A DNA stretch of 64,000 nt from an uncultured delta proteobacterium (GTDB lineage Bacteria > Desulfobacterota > Binatia > UBA9968). The stretch lies in assembly GCA_963840855.1 (NCBI GenBank), contig CAWJBB010000087.1:1-64000 (forward strand), read 5' to 3'. The translations under genes were made by a program, and so were the position numbers. Each line of letters starts with the position of its first letter. Position 1 is the stretch's first letter. Of this stretch, positions 30,834 to 40,706 are shown piece after piece. The notes beneath the pieces are model-generated. The model did not search any database, was not told the origin of the DNA, and worked only from the letters and a program-made list of their open reading frames with translations.

Positions 30834-31643
30834 CTAAACGCGCTCGACGTCGGCGGCACAGAACTCCGCCCCGCAGGCGGGCGGAACGACCTGGTCGGGA
30901 TTGTAGCTTTTCCGGACGAGAATCTCCGAGCTGTCTACGATGACAATGCCGTCCTCGGAGATCGTCACCGGATGCATTCTCAGCGGGCCGACGTTTTGCT
31001 GATGTCCAGTGAATTCGCCTCTGCGGTTGTAGGTGGCGCTGTGCAGCGGGCAGTAAAATCGCCAGTGCTCTTTTTCCCAATTCACCTGGCCGTTTCTGTG
31101 AGTGCACCAACGCGAAAGGGCCATAAAGCCTTCTTCCACACGCAGCAGAAAAAACATCCCCTTGCTGAACGGCGTCACGGACCCGATTGCGAAATCTTCA
31201 ATCCTCCCGCAGAGCACTTTGCCGGCGCTCGGCCTGATAATTTTGGTCGCCTCGGGACCATGGGCCTGAACCTGGTAACGGTGGCCGTCCGGATCGTAGA
31301 CGTCCAGGCTCCTTTCACCCAAAGCGCGGAACTCCTCCCGGCTGTCCTCAATGTTGTATCCCGACGCCTTTAGTCTTTCCTGAGCGCGCTTATACTGCTC
31401 TACCGTTAAAAGCCAAGCATGGTGAATGCTGTTGCTGTTGGGGCGAAAAGGCTCGACTTTTGAAACTTGGACCAACAGGACCATCTGTCCCGTATTCATC
31501 TTGAGAAGCGAGTTGGAACCCTCTTCGTTCACCAGACCTCTCCCCACTAGATCGAGCCCCAGCACTTCCTGGTAGAACTTTTCCGAGCGATCCAAGTCGG
31601 TTACCTGGACAACAAGATGACTGAAGCCATCAACGAGTGCCAT
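30834..31643 (-). CDS. VOC-Rieske [2Fe-2S] fusion protein
   Basis: N-terminal SHLVVQVTDL...HHAW...YDPDGHRYQV; C-terminal CTHRN...CPLHSATY Rieske ligands. Confidence 0.85.
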   Translation of the reverse strand: MALVDGFSHLVVQVTDLDRSEKFYQEVLGLDLVGRGLVNEEGSNSLLKMNTGQMVLLVQVSKVEPFRPNSNSIHHAWLLTVEQYKRAQERLKASGYNIEDSREEFRALGERSLDVYDPDGHRYQVQAHGPEATKIIRPSAGKVLCGRIEDFAIGSVTPFSKGMFFLLRVEEGFMALSRWCTHRNGQVNWEKEHWRFYCPLHSATYNRRGEFTGHQQNVGPLRMHPVTISEDGIVIVDSSEILVRKSYNPDQVVPPACGAEFCAADVERV

Positions 31644-31888
31644 CGCTCTTCTCCATTCATGTTGCAGCTTTTATGTTCCTGTTGCCGAAGATGAGTATCA
31701 TGACGTTGGTGCAAATCCGTTGCATGGACGTTATCCAAGTCATTGGTCGTTTTCAATAGCATAAGATTAGTGTTGGTGGCCTTACGCCTTGTTTACGGAT
31801 CCGCTTTGTGTTGACCTGACATATTGCGGTCGGATAATGTCATACACTCATTGCTGTTTTACTTCTCAGTTCGTACAAGGCGAGGCAT

Positions 31889-33022
31889 ATGGTGATCAGG
31901 TTTTGCGGACGATATTTCATAGGCATTTCCATGCTGATTCTTCTGGCCGCCAGAATTGGCGCGGCGGCTGATGTCCGATCGCCGGCTTCTCAAGAATGGG
32001 ATACGATTGTGAAAAAAGCCGAGGAGGAAGGGCAGGTCACTGTCTATGCGACCGACTCGATCGGTAACGCGCAGATGATCTGGGCGGCTTTTCAAAAGCG
32101 CTACCCGAAAATCAAGCTTATCGGCACCACTATGGGACGCGGAAGCGATTTGTTCCCGAAGCTCTATGGCGAACGGAGAGCCGGCAAATTTCTTGCGGAT
32201 GTATTCCTCGGCGCGCCGTCGGCGGTCTATCTCAATCTTTATCGGGCAAAAATCATCGAGCCGATTCCTCCGATGCTGGTCCATCCTGGTGTGATCGACG
32301 TGTCAAAATGGTGGATGGGAAGGCACCATTATATCGATGCCGAGGGTCAGTACATTTTTATGTACGAGAGCGCTGTTTACGGCCCGCCGCTTTACTTCAA
32401 CACCAACCTCGTCAATGAGAAAGAGATTAAATCGGCGTGGGACCTGGTCCAACCCCGATGGAAGGGAAAGTATCAGGCCCTCCAGATAGGTCCGACCCAG
32501 GGCTCGACTGCGCTGACCTATGTGTATCATCATCCTCAGCTCGGGCCGAAATTCGTCGAACGTATCTACCGGGATATGGAGCCTACGCTGTTCCGCGACA
32601 TCCGCCAGGGCACAGACTGGTTATCACAGGGGAAGTTTGCTCTCTGCTTTTTGTGTAGAAGGATCGACCGGGCTGCTATGCAAGGCCTGCCGGTTGCCGA
32701 ACTCAACCCTTACCAGATCGAAGAGCGGCCGGGGATTGGTTCCGGCTCCGGCGCGCTGGTATTGATGAACCAGCATCCTCACCCCAACGGCGCAAAAGTT
32801 TTCATCAACTGGTATCTTTCATTGGAAGGGCAAATCGCGTTCCGGCAAGCCAATACCGACGAGCTGAGGGTCACCTCGCTCAGGGAAGATTTGCCGCCGG
32901 AAATTGTGCCGCCCACAGCGGTCAGGAGGAAAGATAAGGACTACCTTCTGATCAACCGTTCGGAGTGGATGGACTTTACGCCGATCCAAAAACTGCTCGA
33001 AGACATACGCAAAAGCAAGTAG
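31889..33022 (+). CDS. ABC SBP, paralog family copy 1
   Basis: Signal peptide; ERRAGKFLADV; WKGK; LCFLC; HPHPNGAKVFINW. Confidence 0.88.
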   Translation: MVIRFCGRYFIGISMLILLAARIGAAADVRSPASQEWDTIVKKAEEEGQVTVYATDSIGNAQMIWAAFQKRYPKIKLIGTTMGRGSDLFPKLYGERRAGKFLADVFLGAPSAVYLNLYRAKIIEPIPPMLVHPGVIDVSKWWMGRHHYIDAEGQYIFMYESAVYGPPLYFNTNLVNEKEIKSAWDLVQPRWKGKYQALQIGPTQGSTALTYVYHHPQLGPKFVERIYRDMEPTLFRDIRQGTDWLSQGKFALCFLCRRIDRAAMQGLPVAELNPYQIEERPGIGSGSGALVLMNQHPHPNGAKVFINWYLSLEGQIAFRQANTDELRVTSLREDLPPEIVPPTAVRRKDKDYLLINRSEWMDFTPIQKLLEDIRKSK

Positions 33023-33041
33023 CCGATAAAGGAGATATTCT

Positions 33042-34172
33042 ATGAGCGAGACAGCAACTGCAAAAAAACCGCCGCGGGCCGAATCGATCGACACCTATCG
33101 TCTATGGCAAGAGGCGCAAAAAATCCCGCTGATTACCGGCTTTTCCATCGAAGACATTAAAAAAGTAGAAGTCGCAACCTGGGAACTCAAGGGCGGGCTT
33201 GGCGCTTTTATCAATCTCGAAGGGACGGGCGGCATCAATGACGCCTACGTCTGCGTCATTCCGCCCGGTCAAAAGTTAAAGCCACAGCGGCATCTTTACG
33301 AAGAGATGGTTTACATCGTAGAAGGCGCGGGAGCCACTACAGTTTGGCAAAACGACGGGAAGAAACAAAGCTTCGAGTGGCAGGCCGGGAGCTTCTTCGC
33401 CATTCCTCTGAACGCCTATTACCAGCATCACAACGGCAGCGGCCGCGAGCCCGTGCGCTACTTCGCCGTGACCAGCGCCCCGCTCTACATAAACCTGTTT
33501 CATAATCTCGACTTTATTTTCGACAACCCGTTCGCCTTTCTCGATCGCTTCGATGCCAATGACGATGATTATTTCAGCCGGCAAGGAAAAGTCTGGGGAC
33601 CGCGTAACACGATGATTAATTTCATTGCCAACGTGAACACCATCGACCTGATCTCTTGGAAGCCGCGCGGCGCGGGCGGGCTCAACATGCACTTTGATCT
33701 GGCCGCGCAGTCGATGGCGGCGCATATCTCGCAATTCCCGGTGGGAAGTTACAAAAAGGCGCACCGGCATGGACCCGGAGCCCACGTGACTATACTGAGC
33801 GGTCAAGGCTACACGCTTCTTTGGCGAGAGGGAAGCGAGCGGATTCGAGTCGACTGGAAACCCGGCAGCGTGGTGGTGCCGCCGTGCGACTGGTTTCATC
33901 AGCACTTCAATTCCGGCAGCGTGCCGGTTCGCTATCTCGCGCTCAGAAAAGGCGGCGGCGGGCGGTTCAAATACCCGATCAATTTCAATGACGGCGAAGG
34001 GCCCGGGACGAGCATCAAAGAGGGTGGCGGGCAAATCGAATATGAGGATGAAGATCCGGATATTCACCGCGACTTCGAGGCCGCCATGGCGAAAGCAGGC
34101 GCTCGCTGCGCGATGGGCAGCTACCATCCGGGCTGCACGGAGGAGCAACAGGCAGCAAGCAGCGGGCAGTAA
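33042..34172 (+). CDS. Bicupin, gentisate 1,2-dioxygenase-like
   Basis: PQRHLYEE...HHN in domain 1; AHRHGPG...WFHQHFN in domain 2. Confidence 0.8.
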   Translation: MSETATAKKPPRAESIDTYRLWQEAQKIPLITGFSIEDIKKVEVATWELKGGLGAFINLEGTGGINDAYVCVIPPGQKLKPQRHLYEEMVYIVEGAGATTVWQNDGKKQSFEWQAGSFFAIPLNAYYQHHNGSGREPVRYFAVTSAPLYINLFHNLDFIFDNPFAFLDRFDANDDDYFSRQGKVWGPRNTMINFIANVNTIDLISWKPRGAGGLNMHFDLAAQSMAAHISQFPVGSYKKAHRHGPGAHVTILSGQGYTLLWREGSERIRVDWKPGSVVVPPCDWFHQHFNSGSVPVRYLALRKGGGGRFKYPINFNDGEGPGTSIKEGGGQIEYEDEDPDIHRDFEAAMAKAGARCAMGSYHPGCTEEQQAASSGQ

Positions 34173-34248
34173 CCCCTTTTTCTGCTGCGCTGCTAACTGC
34201 TTACTGGATGGTCTGCCAGACGCTAACTAGTTTCTATCGTAAAAGTGC

Positions 34249-35454
34249 TTGTTATCGCCTGTGTCACGGTGCGCGCCCGTGAAAAGTAAAATGGTTTTTC
34301 TTCGCAGGGATAATACAAGACTCCGAAGCTTTGGCTTTTTGGTTTTCTTGTTGTTGATGATCGAGCACGCCTGGGCGCAGCCGGAGCTGCCAGCCCGAAG
34401 CGCTAACGATTGGAAGAAAGAGTGGGACAAAACAATCGAGGGTGCCAAGAGAGAAGGACGAGTCCATGTCTATATTGGCGGTTGGGGCGCCGTGCTCGAT
34501 GCCGGGGAATTTCAGAAAGCCTATCCCTTTATCAAAGTAACCTCAGTCATGGGACGAGGAGGCGAGATCGCGAAGCGCATCTTGGCGGAGCGGCGCGGAG
34601 GCAAGTTCATCGCGGACGTGAGCAGCGAGGGCGTGGGATCCAACTTTCGGATTCTTCACGCCGCAAAGAGCCTGGATTCCATCAAGGCTGCGCTTATTCT
34701 GCCGGAGGTAGTGGATGAGTCCAAATGGTGGCAAGGACGGCACCGCTACGTGGATCCTGAGGGCCAGTATGTTTTTCGCTACGTCGCTCTCCCTCAGCTA
34801 GGCAACATCTCCTATAACACGAAACTCGTGGACCCCAGGGAGTTCAAATCCGTGTGGGACTTCGTCAATCCCAAGTGGAAGGGAAAAATCATCAGCCGTG
34901 ACATAAGAGACCCCGGTCCCGGCAATGCTCCCATGCGCTTTTTCTATTACCATCCGGACATCGGACCGGATTTCATACGGCGCCTGTTTGGCGAGATGGA
35001 TGTGACGTTGTTCCGAGATTTTCGCCAGGGAGTGGACTGGCTTTCCAGCGGCAAGTTCAGCCTGTGTTTTTTCTGCCCTGACATCGACCCGGCTCAAGCA
35101 CAGGGTCTGCCCGTTAATGAATTTGGACCTTTGAATGAAGGCGGCGGACTGCATACCCAGTATGGCACCTTGGCCCTCCTCGATAGAGCTCCGAATCCAA
35201 ATGCAGCCAAAGTCTTTATCAATTGGTTTCTATCGCGTGAAGGACAGCTTGCGCTGCAGAGAGCCCTGAACAAAGCCGGGGTGGACGCTCCGGATTCTTT
35301 GAGGGTAGATATTCCGAAAGATGAGATCAAGCCGGGCAACAGACGGATGGAGGCGGTTCGATATCTGGACCTGGATAGTCGCCCGGAGTGGATCGATATG
35401 AAGCCTATTGTTAACGTCTTCGAAGAAGCTTTCGGGAGGAAGCAAAAAAACTAG
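34249..35454 (+). CDS. ABC SBP, paralog family copy 2 (start uncertain)
   Basis: Shared family motifs; LCFFC. Confidence 0.88.
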   Translation: MLSPVSRCAPVKSKMVFLRRDNTRLRSFGFLVFLLLMIEHAWAQPELPARSANDWKKEWDKTIEGAKREGRVHVYIGGWGAVLDAGEFQKAYPFIKVTSVMGRGGEIAKRILAERRGGKFIADVSSEGVGSNFRILHAAKSLDSIKAALILPEVVDESKWWQGRHRYVDPEGQYVFRYVALPQLGNISYNTKLVDPREFKSVWDFVNPKWKGKIISRDIRDPGPGNAPMRFFYYHPDIGPDFIRRLFGEMDVTLFRDFRQGVDWLSSGKFSLCFFCPDIDPAQAQGLPVNEFGPLNEGGGLHTQYGTLALLDRAPNPNAAKVFINWFLSREGQLALQRALNKAGVDAPDSLRVDIPKDEIKPGNRRMEAVRYLDLDSRPEWIDMKPIVNVFEEAFGRKQKN

Positions 35455-35571
35455 CGCATCCGGAACGAGCGCCGCAGGGCAAAAGCGCAGAAACTAAATG
35501 GTAGAGGAGGCCTAAATGGCGAATCGGCTTCTAATATCTGCCGCTGCTCAAGTCGAAGGGAGAATCGCTAG

Positions 35572-36759
35572 ATGTTAACCGTCGAAGAAAATGACTTGCT
35601 TTCAAGAGTAGGGCCCGGCACGCCGGCGGGAGAATTGCTGCGTCGCTACTGGCATCCGGTGGCCATCGCGGCGGATTTGACCCCGGACAGTCCGACGAAA
35701 TTTGTCCGCATCCTCGGCGAGGATCTGGTGCTGTTTAAGACGACGAAGGGTGAAGTCGGGTTGCTTAACGATCGCTGTTCGCACCGCGGCGTGTCGCTAT
35801 CCTACGGCCGAGTCGAAGAGCGCGGCATCGCCTGCGCGTATCATGGCTGGCTCTACGATACGAAAGGCAACTGTCTCGAAACTCCGGCAGAGCCGGCGGA
35901 CAGTAACTTTTGCCGGACGGTAAAACATAAAGCTTATCCTGTGCAAAAATTGGCGGGACTTTACTGGGCTTATCTCGGCCCCGAACCTGTGCCGGTCATG
36001 CCAAAATACGACGTGTGGGCGCGCACGGATGGCTGGCATTGGCTGCGCGCGTTGCCGCAGCTCGACTGCAACTGGCTGCAAGCGATGGAAAATTCCGTCG
36101 ACACGGCCCATCTGCATATTCTCCATCAAGAGCTGGTCACCGACGGATTCAAAGTCGAGAGCACGACGCGGGGAACCATCGACAATCTGGAAAAGTATGA
36201 GGTCGAGGAGTTTCTTTACGGTATTATCAAACGGCGCGTTTTCAAGGATGGAAAGATCGAGGAGCACCCGCTGCTCTTCCCAACCGTGCTGCGCCAAGCC
36301 AATCGTACCCAGATTCGCGTGCCGATCGACGATACGCACACCTGGATCGTTTACGTCCACTTCGTGCCGGACTCGGCGGAGCCGCGTGCAAACAAGGATG
36401 AGGTGCCGGTGAATTATCGTAAGCCGTTCAAAGATCCGCCGGACGCGCGCCATCCTTTCACGAAGTATCGACTCGATGAAGTGGATGCCCAAGATTTTAT
36501 GGCGTGGGAAACTCAGGGGCCGATTGTCGATCGCACTCGCGAACGGCTGGCGGCTTCGGATCGGGGGGTGGTCATGTATCGGGAAATGCTCAGGCGCGAA
36601 ATTGACAAGGTTGCGCGCAACCTAGATCCGATGAATGTGATGCGCGATCCGGAGCACGCGATCATCGATACCAAGATGGATGAGTCGTTGGACGTCGGTA
36701 AGGCAGGCTCCGTCAGATATCATGTGCCGCCGCCCGACCCGCGCGCGGCCCGAGGTTAG
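35572..36759 (+). CDS. Rieske oxygenase alpha subunit
   Basis: CSHRG...CAYHGW; ENSVDTAHLHILH; QDFMAWETQG. Confidence 0.9.
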   Translation: MLTVEENDLLSRVGPGTPAGELLRRYWHPVAIAADLTPDSPTKFVRILGEDLVLFKTTKGEVGLLNDRCSHRGVSLSYGRVEERGIACAYHGWLYDTKGNCLETPAEPADSNFCRTVKHKAYPVQKLAGLYWAYLGPEPVPVMPKYDVWARTDGWHWLRALPQLDCNWLQAMENSVDTAHLHILHQELVTDGFKVESTTRGTIDNLEKYEVEEFLYGIIKRRVFKDGKIEEHPLLFPTVLRQANRTQIRVPIDDTHTWIVYVHFVPDSAEPRANKDEVPVNYRKPFKDPPDARHPFTKYRLDEVDAQDFMAWETQGPIVDRTRERLAASDRGVVMYREMLRREIDKVARNLDPMNVMRDPEHAIIDTKMDESLDVGKAGSVRYHVPPPDPRAARG

Positions 36760-36789
36760 AACCGTGAACAAACTCGGAGGTGTGACGTT

Positions 36790-37959
36790 ATGGCCAGATC
36801 GAGTTTTGTTGGATTTGCGGCGAATATGAATCTCTTTGCGAGAGTTTTAAGCCTCCTCGTCGTCGCCTTTTGGAATACCGCGTCTCACGCCGCCGAATCC
36901 AAACTCAATTGGCAAGCCGAATGGGAGCGCACGGTGCAGGCCGCAAAGAAAGAAGGCTCGCTGTCGCTCTATCTCTTCCAAGGCGAGGGCGAACTCGGCG
37001 CCGTGGTGCAGTTGTTTCAGAAAAAATATCCCGAGATCAACGTGGTTACGACCCTCGGGCGGGGCAATACGCTGGCGCCCCGCATCATGGCGGAGCGGCG
37101 CGCGGGCAAGTATCTCGTCGATGTTTATATCAGCGGGGTGACCACGGCCTATGAAGTATTCTATCGCGCCAAAATCTTGGACAGCGTGCGCGCGGCGTTG
37201 ATCCTTCCCGAGGTCACCGATGAGTCCAAGTGGTGGCTCGGCCAGCATCAGTACGTCGACCCGGAGAACCGCTATATTCTCCTCTATCTTGGCAACGTCG
37301 GCGAGTATGTTTCGTACAACACCAAGGCGGTGGAGGCGGGCGAGATTCGCTCCTACTGGGATTTTCTCCAACCCAAGTGGAAAGGAAAAATTCTCTCGCG
37401 CGATCCGAAGATTTCCGGCAGCCAACGAATCGGTCTGCGGATGTATTACCACACGCCGGAGTTGGGCGCTGAGTTCATCCGGCGCCTCTATGGAGAGATG
37501 GATGTGACGTTGACTCAAGAAATCCGTCAAGCGACGGATTGGCTGGCGCACGGGAAGTTTGCCATCTGCTTTTTTTGTTCCGAAATCCTGAAAGTCAAAG
37601 CTCAGGGCCTGGCTGTGGATGAATTTCGCACGGCGAAGTGGAAAGAGAGCCGGGCGATTTCCGCGGGCAACATGGGTTCTATAGTAATGCCGAGCCAGCC
37701 GCCGCACCCCAACGCCGCGCGCGTGTTCGTCAACTGGTTGCTCTCGCGCGAAGGTCAGACGGCGCTTCAGCGCGTCGCCAACACGCCTAACAATTCCGAA
37801 GAGTCGCTGCGCACCGATATCCCAAAGGACATGGTGCGCAGCGAAGTGCGGCGCGTCGACGGCGCCAAATATATACTGGTGGATAAACCCGAGTATATGG
37901 ACATGGCTCCGATACAGGAGATCGTCGAGAAGGCGTTGGCGCAATCAAAGAAGAGGTGA
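36790..37959 (+). CDS. ABC SBP, paralog family copy 3
   Basis: Shared family motifs; ICFFC. Confidence 0.88.
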   Translation: MARSSFVGFAANMNLFARVLSLLVVAFWNTASHAAESKLNWQAEWERTVQAAKKEGSLSLYLFQGEGELGAVVQLFQKKYPEINVVTTLGRGNTLAPRIMAERRAGKYLVDVYISGVTTAYEVFYRAKILDSVRAALILPEVTDESKWWLGQHQYVDPENRYILLYLGNVGEYVSYNTKAVEAGEIRSYWDFLQPKWKGKILSRDPKISGSQRIGLRMYYHTPELGAEFIRRLYGEMDVTLTQEIRQATDWLAHGKFAICFFCSEILKVKAQGLAVDEFRTAKWKESRAISAGNMGSIVMPSQPPHPNAARVFVNWLLSREGQTALQRVANTPNNSEESLRTDIPKDMVRSEVRRVDGAKYILVDKPEYMDMAPIQEIVEKALAQSKKR

Positions 37960-38003
37960 ACGGAGAAGAAGGAGAGTAATGGGTAAGGAGATCGTCGCTT
38001 CGT

Positions 38004-38110
38004 TGTCATTCTGAGGCCCTTCGACACGCTCAGGATAAACTCCGCCGAAAAATCTCGCCATCGAAACGACCTGAAAAATGCGAGATCCTTCGCTAGGTCT
38101 CAGGATGACA
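38004..38110. repeat. Nested palindromic element
   Basis: TGTCATTCTGAG...CTCAGGATGACA with inner CCCTTCGACACGCTCAGGATAAACTCCG. Confidence 0.75.
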
Positions 38111-38168
38111 CCTTTAGAGCCTTACCAAAATGGATGCCCGACAGACCGAATAGTAGACGGAGGCCACC

Positions 38169-39298
38169 ATGGCCAGATCAACGGCGAATTTTTGGGACAA
38201 GAAGACGGCCTATGAAAACTGGATCGAATCGACCGGCGCGCCGATTCATCGCGGCTATTACATCGAAGACTGCCGCACGGTGGAGCTTGGCTACTGGCCG
38301 GAGCGGGAGTGCGACGCGGCATTTATTCAGCTCGTCGGTCAGGAAGGTGTGACCGGCGCTTACGTCACGGAGATTCCACCGGGAAAGACCTTGCCGTCGT
38401 TTCGCGTCGCGGTGGACGAGGTTGTTTACGTGCTGCAGGGCAGAGGGTTGGCGAGCGTCTGGGCCGGCGATCGCGCGAAAAGAATCTTCGAGTGGCAAAG
38501 CCATAGCATGTTTCTCATTCCCGGAAACTACCATTGCCAGTTGAGCAATATGCAGGGCGACCAGGTCGTGAAGCTCCTCCACTGCAGCTATTTGCCGCTG
38601 GCCATGTCGGTGCTTCCCGATCCGGAAATTTTCTTTAACAATCCACTGGTCGATTTCAACCTCCTTTATGGCCAGGGCGCGCGCGATATTTATTCTGAAG
38701 CCAAAGTCGTGACGCTTGAACGAGCCCGGCACAGTGCGCGACGGACGAAATATTTGGTTCGGGAATTTTTTCGCCGACATGAGAGCGTGGGACCGGCTCG
38801 ATCATTTCGAGAGGCGCGGCGCCGGCGGCCACGTCGTCTGGGTGGGTTTCCCGAGCTCGCCGATCTCCGCCCATATGTCGGTGTTTCCCGCGCGTACCTA
38901 TAAAAAAGGCCATCGCCACGGCCCCGGCTATTTGATCGTCATCCCGGCCGGCGAGGGTTATTCGATCATGTGGCCGGAAGGCGGAGAAAAAATTATTATT
39001 CCCTGGCACGAGGCGAGTCTGTTCGTGCCGCCCAATCGCTGGTTTCACCAGCACTTCAATGTCGGCGGCACGCCGGCGCGATATCTTGCCATCCATCCTC
39101 CGCGCGGGCTCAGCGGTATCAGCGAAAAAGTCGAAGACCGGGCCAGAGACCAGATCGAGTATCCCGACGAGGACCCGATGATTCGCAAAAAATTCGAAAC
39201 GGAGCTTACGCGCAAGGGTTTAGCAATCGCTGATGCCGGACGAGGCTTATCGAAACCGCGACTATGAATGGAGTTACACGCAGCTAAAGGCAAGCTGA
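38169..39298 (+). CDS. Bicupin paralog (apparent frameshifts near 38735 and 39225)
   Basis: Homologous to the 33042 cupin; GHRHGPG...WFHQHFN; tail SLMPDEAYRNRDYEWSY* in a third segment. Confidence 0.75.
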
Positions 39299-39377
39299 GA
39301 GTCGATCGACTCTTCAAAATCGGAGTAACTTATCGCGTCTCAGCGATCGAAGATTTACGCAGTGGTGAACGAAGGTT

Positions 39378-40499
39378 TTGACGGCTCTTGTCGCGGGGCT
39401 TCTCGCGTTCGTGGCGGTTGAACGCGCTTCGCGCGTGGCACATGCGGCGGAAGCGAAGCCCGGATGGCAACTCGAATGGGAAAAAACCCTCGCGGCGGCA
39501 AAGAAGGAAGGCCAGGTCGCGGTCTATATCAGCGGCTACGAAGAGGTGTTGCCGGATTTTCAAAAGGAGCACCCGGAGATCAAAGTTATTGCCGTCACGG
39601 GCCGTGGCAGCCAGATCGGGCAGCGCTTGATCGCCGAACGGCGCGGCGAAAAGTTTCTTGCCGATGTCGTGAGCTCGGGCGGTGTAACGACGTATCAACA
39701 ACTGCATGTTGCCAAGGTATTCGACCCGATCAAACCGGCGTTACTTCTTCCTGAGATCATCGACACCTCGAAGTGGTACCAGAATAGACATCACTATGCC
39801 GATCCCGAAGGCCAATACGTTTTCAGCTATGTCGGTTCGGCGACCTACGGTTCGGTCAGCTACAATACCAAGCTGGTCGATGCGAAGGAGTTCAAATCCT
39901 ACTGGGATCTACTCAACCCCAAGTGGAAGGGGAAAATCATCTCGCGCGATATTCGTGTTCCGGGCCCCGGTTCGGGCAATGCGCGGCTGTTTTATTATCT
40001 TCAGGATGTCGGTCCATCGTTCATTCGCAAATTGTACGGCGACATGGATGTGACTTTGTTTCGCGATTACCGCCAGGGATCGGACTGGCTCGCGGTGGGC
40101 AAGGCTGCGCTCTGCTTTTTTTGCGAGGTCGATGTTTCGAAACAGCAGGGCCTGCCGGTGGATACTTTCGGCCCGCGCGTGTTCAAGGAAGGCGGCGGCC
40201 TGGTGCAGCAATTCGGCACGCTGGCGTTGGTAAACCGGGCGCCACATCCCAATGCGGCGAGGGTTTTTATTAACTGGCTTTTGTCGCGCAAAGGTCAGAT
40301 GGCCTTGCAAAGGAATATGCTCAATACGGAAAATCCCGCTGATTCTCTGCGCATCGACATTCCCAAGGATGATCTGCCGATCCTCAGTCGGCGCATTGAT
40401 GGCGTCACATACCTCGACACCAGCAGGCCGGAGTGGCAGGAGATGAAGCCGATCCTTGATGTCATGAACGAAGCGCTCAAGGCGGCGGGGAAGAGTTAA
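39378..40499 (+). CDS. ABC SBP, paralog family copy 4 (start uncertain)
   Basis: Shared family motifs; LCFFC. Confidence 0.88.
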   Translation: MTALVAGLLAFVAVERASRVAHAAEAKPGWQLEWEKTLAAAKKEGQVAVYISGYEEVLPDFQKEHPEIKVIAVTGRGSQIGQRLIAERRGEKFLADVVSSGGVTTYQQLHVAKVFDPIKPALLLPEIIDTSKWYQNRHHYADPEGQYVFSYVGSATYGSVSYNTKLVDAKEFKSYWDLLNPKWKGKIISRDIRVPGPGSGNARLFYYLQDVGPSFIRKLYGDMDVTLFRDYRQGSDWLAVGKAALCFFCEVDVSKQQGLPVDTFGPRVFKEGGGLVQQFGTLALVNRAPHPNAARVFINWLLSRKGQMALQRNMLNTENPADSLRIDIPKDDLPILSRRIDGVTYLDTSRPEWQEMKPILDVMNEALKAAGKS

Positions 40500-40576
40500 T
40501 ATTCGTGGCTCGTGATCGTGGCTCGTGCTCGTCGCCATGATCATGCGCGTACAAATTGGCGTGGCGCTGTCCGATC

Positions 40577-40665
40577 TCTTCCCCCTTGACGGGGGAAGAT
40601 TAAGATGGGGGTGCGTCGAACTATTGGGCATCCCTTCCTCAGCCCTTCCCCATCGAGGGGAAGGA
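40577..40665. repeat. Double-hairpin CTTCCCC/GGGGAAG element
   Basis: TCTTCCCCCTTGACGGGGGAAGA and CCTTCCCCATCGAGGGGAAGG. Confidence 0.65.
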
Positions 40666-40706
40666 TGTAAGAGCGTCACGTAAGCGATTCTACAAAAGGT
40701 ACGTGA

